NCBI GenBank assembly: GCA_021613535.1
Contig: CP075497.1
Span: 4,898,001 to 4,962,000 of the forward strand
Length of the DNA stretch: 64,000 bases
Origin: Adineta vaga
Lineage: Eukaryota; Animalia; Rotifera
Direction: 5' to 3'
Shown: positions 52,089-64,000 of the stretch, in pieces
How the letters are laid out: every line of letters begins with the position of its first letter
Numbering within the stretch: position 1 is the stretch's first letter
Position numbers and translations under genes: made by a program
Notes under the pieces: model-generated
What the model was told of the DNA's origin: nothing
Seen by the model: only the letters and a program-made list of their open reading frames with translations
Database searches by the model: none

Positions 52089-53388
52089 AACAGCGATTAA
52101 AATGATTAAGAAAAATCTTGCACAATAAAATGAATTATACACACGTTTGGTAAAGTAAAATGAAAATATAAGAAAGAAAAGAAAACATATATTTGTATTA
52201 ATTGTAGATCCATCTATGAAGATGTCGACAGAGGTATTTTGATTAAATGTTTTAACATTCGTTAATAATGAGTAATAGTAATCATACTTATATTCTTAGG
52301 AAATACTTACCAAAAATAATGATTCATTTCTTAGCATATTTTTGTCATTTGTCTATCACGATGCTGATGTAATGTCAATCGAATCATTTTTCATAATTCT
52401 CTATGTTTGAATAGATAAAGAGTAGAATACTGATTTATGAACTTTTCTTCATTAGTTATTCAATCGATAAAGTATGACATGATTATCTATTTCTTTTTTT
52501 TTACAATTAACACCCATCAATGACTTTCAAATGACATTGGAATTTGTCATGTATTATTTGACCTTGAAAGTATAGTATTACTATTGCTTTGCCAATCGAA
52601 GTGTTTGTTCAATTCTTACATAACTCAATGAGTATTTAAACAGCATTGAAAACAAGAGGAAAAGTGACATTAGTTATGTTCTAATGAAACTGAGATGATG
52701 CGACAACGCTGAAGTATCATTATCTTCGAATACTTAGAAGAAAATGGATAAATGTATTACGAATGATAGTTCATTAGAAATAAATTGTGCATCGATCTTG
52801 ATTTGAAAAAGAATATCAACACAAGAAAGATTTCGAATGAAAAACAACATTTACGTTTAAAGTCTTCTCGTCATGCAGAAAATCTGTTTAGACGTATTGA
52901 TAAAATAAAAAGTCTGATGTAAAAAGACATTCATCTCAACATGAATTCTTGTAAATAAAGAAATCTTCGGGTCATTTATATTCTGACATGTGTTAATACT
53001 AAATTTCCTATTCGATCAATATTGATCATGATAAGTCAAAAGAATAATATTAGAGATAAAAACAACAAATCTGTCAATATGACATTGAAATCCATGTAAC
53101 AAAAGAAATTTCATTTTTGTTAATTCTTTCTAAAAGGATACGATAATACATAGTAAATAATTTACTAGAAGATATAAGTAAAATTATCTGTATTGAAAAT
53201 GTCATCAGATTATTGAGAAGAAAAGCAATCGTTAAAATAACAAAATAACAGAAAAATTCTGTCATTCAAAAGTAAGAAAAATAGAAACAACATGATTCAC
53301 AAATCTCATACATAGACATGTCTTATGAAAAAATGTTATACATTATATCGGCATAAAATTTTCATATAGTCACCGTTATCGAAAGCAC

Positions 53389-53410
53389 ATATATATATAT
53401 ATATATATAT
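53389..53410. repeat. (AT)11 microsatellite downstream of the GPCR stop codon
   Basis: Direct dinucleotide run. Confidence 0.9.
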
Positions 53411-53567
53411 AAAGAATAAACAAAGAAAAAGATGACTAGTGGAATGAGGAAACATTGGAGAATTTCTAAACGATTAAATCATGAATGATTTGTACGTGAT
53501 ACTTCAGTTGATTTTCTTGATATTGGTAATTCATTGATTGGATCATCTTGATCGTACAGCAATGAAC

Positions 53568-55732
53568 TCATTTCTGATATTGTCGCTTCACATGGTACTC
53601 TCTGGAAACAAGATGTTCAAGTTCATCGAAGACTTCATTTGTTAAACGTTGATTAGCTAATGTGTGTAATTCATATGTATCAACATCTCCATTTAATATC
53701 GGATTTTGAATGATTTTCGATGTCAGAATAGTATCATAAGAAATAGTTCCATTCCATTGTAATTGATTTAAATGTGGTGTCATACTTGCATGTCGTGATT
53801 GTGCTTGAGGAGTAAATTTCGTATTCATTGAATGAGTAGATTTACTAATAGATGTACGTATTTTATTTCCAGATGATAGATTACAACATTGACAATTATT
53901 GTAATGAAGAATTTCAAAGAAAGCATTACGAAATTCTCTAAAGAATTTGATTAAGTTAAATGAATAGGATTATAAAGATCGGTTCTATCTATAGAATGAT
54001 TAGATTAAGAAATCGATTCGGATACTTGAATTAGCGAGAAAACAGTGATGGTGTTTTCGTCGTAAAACCAATGGAAACTACTTAGGAAATTGACAATGCA
54101 CAAATCTATCTCATAGAATATTTTTATAAAAATCTAGATGAATGAGAATAGAATACATTCCTCGAACTGAAACGATCATCGAGTAGAAATATTATTTCAG
54201 ATTGTGATGTATCTGTTAATATTCTCTTGAGATTTCTCACTTAGTAATCAAGTAACTAATGTTTTTCTAATAAAATATATAATGTTTAGAGATTATTGTC
54301 TCAAATAATCGAGTACTTTTATATAATATATGAAAGATCGATTAGTATTTATCAGTTATTATTTTGATCTATCGTGAGATAACCTATCATTATTATCCGA
54401 CAGTTTAATTGAAGTTTTTTTTTTCTTTCTTAGATCTCATAAAGTTCGAGTAATACAGAGGAAACGCGCGATGTCAATAATTTTATAGAATTACTGTCAT
54501 TGACTTCGAAATACAATCGTTAATAATCGTTTGCGGTTCATCCGAATAACAAGTTCATATTTTCTAAGAAATCATTAATAACAACTTACTTATTTGAAAA
54601 TGCATAAATCATAGGATTACAAAATGAGTTGGCGTAACCTGAATACAATCATAAATAATTCCGAGAAAAACACGGATGAAATTTTAACCTACCAATCCAT
54701 GTAATAAAACGTTCGATAGAAGAATCAAGACAATCATTACAATAGGGCAATCCAAGATACATTATGAAAAATGGTAACCAACAAAGCACAAATACACCCA
54801 CAACAATACCTTTAAATAAATAAAAAAACATCGAAATGATTGAAAATATATTTCACTGATATACCTAATGTTCGTATAGCTTTAATATTTTTATTCCATT
54901 TTGCACTTTCAATAACGAATTTTTCATCACTATGTAAACGTTTAATAATACTTTCAAGTTTTTGTAATTCACGTGAATGTTTTCGTGCTGTAATAAAGAT
55001 ACGTCCATAGAGAAAAAGAATAATAATCAACGGAATATAAAATGATGTAAGTGATGATACGATCGAATAGATTCGATTTGGTCTCACTGCACATGGAGTA
55101 TCGGAAAGATGACCATCAGTTTTTGTTTGACTATAGAAACCTAATAGAACAGGTGCGTAGGAAATAAGAACACTTATTAACCAAATACCACCAATAATAA
55201 TAAAAATTGTTCGTTTAGTCATTTTTTGTTTATATTTCAATGGATTTTCGATCGCAACATATCGATCAAAACTGACAGCAACTGAAAAATAAGATAAAAG
55301 ATTTTCGTTTCTTTTTTCAATCATCATTTACCGAGATGTAAAATAGATGCTGTACAAAATGTAATATCATTTGCTACCCAAATATTACAAAAAACTTGTC
55401 CAAAAATCCATTGTTTTTTCATTTCATAGATAAATCCAGGTATCATAACAGTTGTCGTGACGAGTAGATCAGCTATGGCAAGTGACATCAAAATGAAATT
55501 TGTTGGATGACGAAGTCGTTGAACACGACATATAGCAGTAACAACAATAACATTTCCAATTATACTTAACAAAATAATACTTGAATAGGACTAAAAATAG
55601 AAGAATAAAGTTTTGTTTTCTATTTGAAACTTTATTTACAATAATTCCAGCGATCAATTGTCCTGTACTTGAAGTTTTTGTATGAGTTCGAGGATGTTCA
55701 GTTGTTATATAATTCAGTTGATTGTCATTCAT
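53568..55732 (-). CDS. Aminergic class A GPCR (D1-like dopamine / beta-type octopamine receptor-like), multi-exon
   Basis: TM1 IGN, TM2 SLAIADLL, TM3 Asp in NDITFCTASILHL plus DRY, TM5 serines SSLTSFYIP, short ICL3 KAIRTLG, CWLPFF, NSFCNPMIY, helix 8 EFRNAF. 652-nt intron 53938-54589. Confidence 0.88.
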
Positions 55733-58700
55733 GATCAATGATAGACGAATGTCTTGTAATAAAATATATGTATAGTTATTTATAGATTGTTAGATTTTAT
55801 CAAAGAATAACAATAATAATAATGATAATGAAGGGAAGAAAACCGAATGAATGGCAGTAGTAACTGATTTAATACAAAACATGTCATGTAAATCGAAGAC
55901 ATCTGATCCAGATACAGAAGAAGAAAAAGAAGAAGATGTTTGGGCGAGGAAAATAACTGATTAAGAGAAAATATTTCATGCGCACGTCAAATACTACATG
56001 AGCAGTCAAGCAGAACAATTCGCACTTCATTCCGCATTAGAGCAAACACAATCATTTCGATCTGAATGAAGTTCTTATTGCACTTAATAAATGAAGAAAC
56101 TCATGATTTCTGGAAGTTTTTCTTTATTTCTGAATAGATTAATGAGAGAAAACGAAAACAAGAAATGTAACAAGGTCTATTCTTTGCATGAAGAAAATTA
56201 ATATCATACTTTTTCTCTTATCGTTATATGATACTTGAATGTGATAGACTCGAAAGAAATATGATAGTAATGTCTTTGGCTAAAAAAGAACTTTTTCTTC
56301 TAGAATTAATTCAAGCATCAAACGTGTCTATTGACATGATTGATCGGTCGTTGTCAACTAAATCGAGAGTGTGTTTAAGAATAGATTTTGAATATGCGTC
56401 GATTTCGGAAGAGACTGAGTATAGAAAAAATAAATTGTTTGTCTTCTTTTTGTTTTTTTTCTTCTTATTCTTGCCGCGCTTACTTTTCGACGGTCTCTTG
56501 ATCAGATTACAATAGTACTACAGAAGGCAAAAGAAACATAAAAATAAATCTCGTTATTATTGAATATACAATTGAGATTTTTCCGTTTCTAATAGAACTG
56601 ATTTCATTGACTGAAACTATCCGTATGGCGCCGAGATTCAATTTCAGACATAATAATAAACATAATTAATCTATGTCTACATATAAATAGATCTGAGCAT
56701 CATCATCACGAAATCATGCTCATATCCAGAAATATCAACATAGAACAAGTCACAGTACGAGAAAAAGCCTCAGTTTATCTAACTAATAATCAAATTTATT
56801 TCAATAGAAATTTTCTGAACTTGTCATTAGATGACAAGCATTTATATTTATAGTACTTACCCAGCAATATTATCTAATTTATAGAAGAGAACTCTTGTCA
56901 TGAATGTGTATTGAAGTCTGACAACTTGAAAAATTCTATGACAACGATAACAAAAGATTATATGTGAGTTCGAAGAGAAAAATAAAACTAAAAAGAAATC
57001 TTTGATGATTACTTTATCTAATGAGATTATTTGGTTTCAATTGCTATTAATAATTACTATTGTTCTTCTGTTCGTCTGTATAAATAATATGGTGAAGGAA
57101 AAGAGAATAGAAAATTGTAAAAAAGAGATAAGCTTAGTTCGTCGAAAAAATTGACTACTAAAAAACAAATGACGATATAAGAAGAAAAACGAGCAATGAA
57201 AAGAAGAAGAAGAAGAAGAAAAAAGAAGAGAGAAGTCGACAAAAGTATACAATTTATAGTGAGAATATTCTTTACAGAGATTGAATTTCGTATGTAAAAT
57301 CTTTTCTTTTCATGTATAATATTAACAATTGTTTTATGTTACTATTCTGTCGTTTTCTTTTTTGTTACATTCATGTGATTGATAGTATAAAATCAATAGA
57401 TTTAAAGAAGATTATCGAATGTTAGAACGAAATATTAAATAGGTCGATGTCTAAATTTAATCTTGGTTTGATATGTAGATGAGAGATATTTGTTAAGACT
57501 GAATAATAATTATGTCGACTAGAGGATACTGAGATCTTCGTTAAAAAATTCTAAGTACTATTAGAGTATTTTATGTATGATAAAGTTTTATAAAAAAGAA
57601 ACAGGTAATGAATTATGTTTTTCTAATAAATTTAAAGAGTATTTGAGTACATAGTCGGTCGGAATGAATTCAATTCAAGTTTTAATAAATGTAATATAAC
57701 TGTTCTTACCACGTTCGTTTCCTATTCTATATTACTATGCCATTTTAGTTGAACATTAATTCTCGTTTTTGTCTTTTACTACTTTAGTTGTTTACACCAA
57801 TTTAAGAGTAACGGAAGTGAATAAGAGTTTCCTTTCTGTTCTTTTGTCGCTTGCTCAATATTTGAGCTTTTTTCTCTTCTTTTCCAAAAAGAAAATCGAG
57901 AACTTAGTCGATAAAAAATCTCAATTGACGACAATAAAACTTTAGGCATCTGCCATCATCTTCATCAATGTCGGAGAGAATAAGAAATGAAAGAAGATTT
58001 CTTTACCTATTTATTACTTTTTCTCTATTCTTCAAAAACGACATTCAAGAAGGTGAAGAAGAGAAATGTTAAGATAAACTAAGAAAATTAAATCTTACAT
58101 GGTTAGAAGAACGTTTGCTTAGATGAAACAGATGTATAAAGAAGTATCTTTATCTAATCTTAATATATACTCAGACAGATGCTATCAAGCAATATATATG
58201 TATATATACATATTTCTCGTCATCTTATAAAAATATTGTCATCGTTAGTCTACACATCAGTATGACTACCATGAAATGCCTGCTGTGATCAGTTTTCCTT
58301 GCAATTGTTTACATTGTCTTCATCGTCAACTAACCAGAGAGAATTCTGACTCTAACTTGCAGAATGTAATCATATACTGAATCATGCGACACCTGTACAA
58401 ATAACAATACTTCAAGGCAAATGAGAACAGAAAGAGAAAGACAGATATCTATAGTTATACCAAATAAAGAACATCGTATGTATGTATGTTTTGACAAATC
58501 AATACCAACAACAACGATGACAGTTATTCAAGGCGTGATCAGTTGTCATTCTTTTTCTCTTGGTTCGAAAAAAAAACAATCAATCAGTCAACCAGATATT
58601 ATCTGCAGGGATTGATCAAACCATAAATGATAATGCTCTTGTGATCACTAATGACGTAGAAATAAATATACAAAAGAAGAAAATCTTACTTATTTAGAAG

Positions 58701-61378
58701 TCTTCTTATTAATTAGCAAACATTTCTATGGAAAAAAAAACATTACATGATGTAGTTCAAAACATGATAAACGATCATTCATTGTAATTTTAATTCATCA
58801 TGACTTTACGGATATATAAAAAATGATATTCAAGGATACGTCAGATAGTACTTCAAAAAAGAAAGTGTACTTTCATTCATTTTTTTCCTCAGAATAATTG
58901 AAATATTTTATGTGTTTAATTGCCGTTTTGATATAGATAGTTTCACTCATTTGAAAGAAACCATATGTTTTAATCATCATTTAAAGGCATGATTCCTTAC
59001 TAGTTAATTCAACAAAGTAGAAAATTAGAAATCGTTTTACTATAGACAAAACGTGCTTGGAAATTGAAATGAAAGAAGAAAATATGATCGTAATTAAACT
59101 TTATAGTAAAAGAAAAGTATTACGTTACAATAATTCTATTGTCCAGACTTTGTGAGCAATGATAAAATATTATCAAAGACGTTCGAAGTTCATGTACGTG
59201 ATGTCATTTTCTTTTTCTTCATTGTTGATCGTCGTCGTCATCATCATTGTATATTTATGATCTTAATCAATAACAAATATTTAACGTCATGATTTCGATC
59301 ATAATAATCTAGATTGCTGAGAGTTCTACATACAATTTGTTATCTGATCTTCCTCTCCTATTTTCAATTATTATCCAAAGTAAACAAAGAAGGGAGCACG
59401 ACTTAAATAATTCTTTTTTTTTCTTATGACAATCTATACCAATATTATATACCTGTATTTGAAACATTATTTTTTTTAATAACATTAGATCAGCTAATTT
59501 ACTTGAGTAGGAATAAAGCTCGAAGTAAGAATGTTTAAAACTAGATGAGATATTTCTTTCTAAAACGAAGTGAAAAGGTCAGATTTATTTGGCTTAAACA
59601 TCAGAATAGTTCGTGATGGGATTTAGAAGCTTTGGATATGCATTCGAAGCGGAGTATTCTTTACTCTTGCTTGCATGTTTCTGAATAGTAGAAGAGGAGA
59701 AAAATAGAATAGATGAGGTAAATTAATTTCATCCAATATTTTTCTCTAGTATGACATGCTATTCGGGAAGATAGTTCTAATTACAGCGTCAAAATCATTG
59801 AATGAATTTGAATAATACTAATAATGTAAACAAAAATTTCGACAGTCATCTTGCTACAAAAAACAATTCAAACTAAAAAAAGTAACATTCTCTATTTACC
59901 TGCTGGGAAAATTCATTAACTTTTAATATCAAGGTCTATAACAATAAATTATCGTCAGCAATAACGCTGGAATATTTTGTAAGTACTATGCTTTATATAG
60001 TACATAGAAAGTTCATTACAATGAACTAGTATTAAAGTCTGATTATGACTGAACTTATGTGTATTATTCTGAGTGCTTCTTTTCTACGTCAATAACGAGA
60101 ATATCTACTAGAACCGGATCTTAACTTACATGTCTGTGCATTGCTGAACGAGAAAAATGTCGATATTTCATTAGGTTTTCGAATTCAACGTTAAACATAC
60201 CTGTTATACTACTAGCTGAAGTACAAAACAAATTTTATCTGTTTCAGATTGTCTATTGCAATAAACTTTGATGATATGCACATTACTCTTTTCCAATCAT
60301 TCTTTTTTATACGGTCATGCATCATGCTGCGTAAACATTTCGAATATTGCATGACACCTACTGCGTACAGATACTCCCAGAATCCTAGTATGGACTCGAT
60401 GCCTTTCATTTGAACCTCAAGTATATCGTCTAATGTACTCTTGCAACCATATGACATTTACAATAGATATTGCTTTTTCGAATCGTTTTCTAAATTTGAT
60501 TACTTACTTTCTATATATTTTAGTATCTCCACTGATCGACAAATACGATGAAAATAGTTTAATTAATGAACTGCTCACATTTTCGCCTTGAGATTTATAT
60601 AGAACTTTATTTACGGCTAAAGTAATAGAGATACTATTAATCTGAGATCTCTCACTCACTCTCTCTTTTGCGTATTTCGTAACTGTGCAGTAAATCCCTA
60701 ATGTGAATACTTCAGTATTCTATTCAAAAAATTCATAATAGAACGGTTTAGTATCCATGTTTCCGGTTTTTATTAAACAATAGAAAATATTTCTAAGCTC
60801 AAGAAACGACCACAATGAAAGGATTATTTTTCCCTTAATACAATCATCATCTTTTCCACCAGATTAGTAATACAATAATTTAATCAAATCATGACACCAT
60901 TGAGCTAAATACCTATTATATTCAATAGCATAAAGAATTCATACTAGACATCTATATTCAACAAAGTTTCATGTGATAAAATGTTTTATTTCATCTTATA
61001 TCTTATCGATTGAAAAAAAACGAAGACAAAAAGAATCACATTTGTATGAGAAAGAACAGAAAACAGACATGGTCGATTATCGAACAAAATGAAAAACGAC
61101 ACATACAAGTATTTACATAGTTATGCAGCGTAAATACACAAGAACACAAAGGAAAGAAACAGAGTTGAAGAAGAAGAAGAAAGCCAAACAAGTAAGATCT
61201 TTTTTTTTCTATCTTGTATCGAATTGAACATAGAGATAACTGTTCACAATTTTCAATTGTTTAGATTCATAAAATAGTTGAGTAGTCTTCGTTTTGATAT
61301 ACAATTGGTTCGAATTAATAAACGGAGACAAACAAAGAAATATCTGACACAAAATAAAGATATAAGATTGATTTTCGT

Positions 61379-64000
61379 TTAATTGCCGCTTATTTGTACT
61401 AATCCTTGATCGTAAGCATAAAGTACAGCTCCACATGCAAATTGATATTGACTCTAAAATAGAATTTATATGTATGAGAAAAGATGTTTGAATTCAAAAT
61501 GAATATTCGTACAGCGGTTTGAATCATTCCTAAACGTTGTTCACGCATTTGTCGAACAATATCAGTTGGAAATACAGGTTGATTTGTTTCAATTAAACAC
61601 AAAGCTGTTTCCATTAGGATTAAAACACCTGTTCGACCAATTCCAGCACTATAACCGAAAACGAATAGATTTTTCAAAAGTTAATCTTTGACTTTTACCT
61701 GCAATGAACAAGAATAGGTAAATGCTTATTTGATTTTCTTAATTCTCGAATTTCTAAAACAAATTCCACAAATGATCCATAATCATTAGGTACACCATGA
61801 TCTGGCCATGTTTCTGTTTGTATTTGATAAATAATACGTTCTTCATTAGTTTCTGTATGTGTAAATAGAAATTCTCTATAGATAAGTTGATTTTCTTTTC
61901 GTTCACGTCGACAACATATACTAAACAATCCGTAATCATTAGTTTCCAAAACATTTGGCCAATATTGATGACATTTTATTCGACCACTAAATAGAAATCC
62001 AATTTCGTTTACAAATCATCACAAAAAAACAAAATAATTCTTCATCATACTTTTCAAACAATGTCGTTAACATAATTAACAATGTACATTGTTGTTCCCA
62101 AATCATTGTCCAAAATGCTTCACATGTTGTTGGTAATGGTCCTTGTGTTGCAATGTAACGATTAACAATATCCGTGGATATAATAGGCATCTACAAAGAA
62201 GAACAATGTTTGTTTTCGATGAACAAAAGAAATTTTCATTACATTGATGAAATTAGCATTGATATAATCACTATCTGTACCAGACTTCAGAATAACACGT
62301 GTTTGATCATAAGGTAAAACATCTTTATAACGATTACGATAATAATTATTTTGACTAGTACCAATTTCAAATGTAAAACCTTCTTTTCGTCGTTGAAGTA
62401 TCTGGAGAAGATTTTGTTTTCATGAATATATTAGTTTTATTGAGACTAGTTAAACTTACTTCATACTGTTCAATAAGATGACCTGTTGTTAGATCGTCGC
62501 GTAAAGTTTCTAATGATTGTTCTAAAGGATGTTTTGCATTGAAATTTAATAAACCATTATCATATGCATCTTCCGAATCAGTATCATTATTGAATGGTGA
62601 ATGACGTTTGTTTAATGGTCGAATAAGAAGTTCTAATTCTCCGAATGGTCGTTCACGTGATTGACGAATCATATTTACAACCTAAAAATGAATTTGATTC
62701 GAAATGATATTTGTTTTTTTCCCACTTACGTCTTCATGTGAATGATTTTGAATATCAATATCATTAATCGATAAGATTTCATCACCTTCTTGAAGTAATG
62801 CTCGATTAGCTGGCGTTTCTAAAGCCACTCTTGAAACAACAATCGGCATTTGTTCATCTCCGCCACCCTTCAAATCAAAGTAGAATTTTACTTTCTTTTT
62901 TTAAAAATTCAATGAATTACTTTAACATTAAAACCATATCGACCATCTCCATCTGATTGAAGTTTTATTGAAATTGTATCAGAAGTTTGCCGTGGTATTG
63001 GTGGATCCATATAATTTGTTCCGTTCGACACGTCAGAGCTAGAAAAAAAAATTTGTTCTTTAAAATTTTCAAATCGTTACGAAGTAACAAAGATCATAAA
63101 GAATCCCCTTTGCTATATGTAAATCACAAAAACACAGAGAAGAAAGAAAGAAGAACATCTTTATGTTTTGATTACTCGAAAACAAAAACAAAGGAATGTA
63201 GTTTGAAAATTTTTCTTTACCTTTTTCGATAATCATTGTTTCGAGGTAATGTCGCATTCTTTGGTTTGTATTCATTAGCTTCCATCAATGCATTGCTATT
63301 GTTCGATGTTGAATGATTTGTTTGAAGAACTTTCGTACAATTAAATGGTTGACGAGGCGGTTTTGGAGGTGGAGGTGAACGATTGTGATTATATTTATCG
63401 GATTTAGCAATTGAGACCGAGGATGAAGAAAGAAATAGAACAGTTTTTAAATTGGAATTTCGTTTTAATGAAAGATTATTATTTGTTGTTGAAAGTGGTA
63501 ATGTTGATGAACCATTTGTTGTACGACTATTTCTTCGACTTGAAATTCTTTGAATTTCAATTTTGAAAAGTCACTTTTTTTAATTAATAAAACAAGAAGC
63601 AATTTACCTTTCGAATGTTTTGGGTTTTTTGCCATTTGTTTCAATTAATAGACCATTTGGTACGATATCATTACTAAAATAAATCTGTGTTGACAAGAAA
63701 ATTGTCTCATTCTTCATTGATTACCTTTGTCGAAATTTATTTGAAAATTGAAAGAATTTTTTCGGTGATGGTGAAATTGTTGTCAAACGAAAAAATGTAT
63801 GATGATCTACACATGATTTCCATAAATATTTACAACAACGATAACTACGTAATGTAAATACAATTGAATTATCATCCGGAGAATTCTAAATCAAATCAAG
63901 AAGACATCATTTTTTGATTTTTATATACAAAAAATTATTCATTTTCTCCAGATAACAACAGAACACACACACACACATACATGCTAAATACATGCTTAAA
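61379..64000 (-). CDS. PTPN4: FERM-PDZ-PTP non-receptor tyrosine phosphatase (PTPN3/PTPN4, PTP-meg-like), 5' end outside the window
   Basis: FERM end [89 protein letters not shown]. Confidence 0.9.

Noticed and set aside
1-64000. Spliced-leader RNA gene, tRNA/rRNA genes, telomeric repeats, CRISPR arrays, intact transposons
   Set aside because: None were seen by eye. No transposase or reverse-transcriptase ORF or clear terminal repeats were found. Short degenerate elements could have been missed without a repeat search.

Overview
AT-rich (roughly 30% GC by eye), gene-dense eukaryotic DNA with many ~50-65 nt GT-AG introns, metazoan housekeeping, ciliary and neuronal genes, and an intron-containing bacterial-type serine hydrolase. 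This pattern fits a bdelloid rotifer (Rotaria/Adineta-like); the taxon is inferred, not proven. Genes in order: PDPR-like (-, 3' end outside the window), a small COX8-like gene missed by the ORF track (-), a decayed pseudogene, PRPF38B, EEFSEC, MTO1, a beta-lactamase-family hydrolase (-), a DHHC palmitoyltransferase fused to tandem degenerate PTP domains (+), a secreted CX3CX3C peptide (-), VPS26C (-) with a nested antisense gene, an inner-arm dynein heavy chain (+, DNAH12-like), a tight minus-strand cluster MED28-HOOK-UQCC1-Hippo/STK3, two tandem synaptobrevins, a metallophosphoesterase, an aminergic GPCR and a PTPN3/4-like phosphatase (5' end outside the window). The strongest novelty candidates are the DHHC::double-pseudophosphatase fusion, the operon-like clusters with splice acceptors just before the ATG, a U2-type AT-AC intron and a pair of mutually exclusive exons in the dynein gene, and the nested secreted-type gene. 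All gene models were spliced by hand from the sequence and family calls come from recalled motifs; no database search was run.
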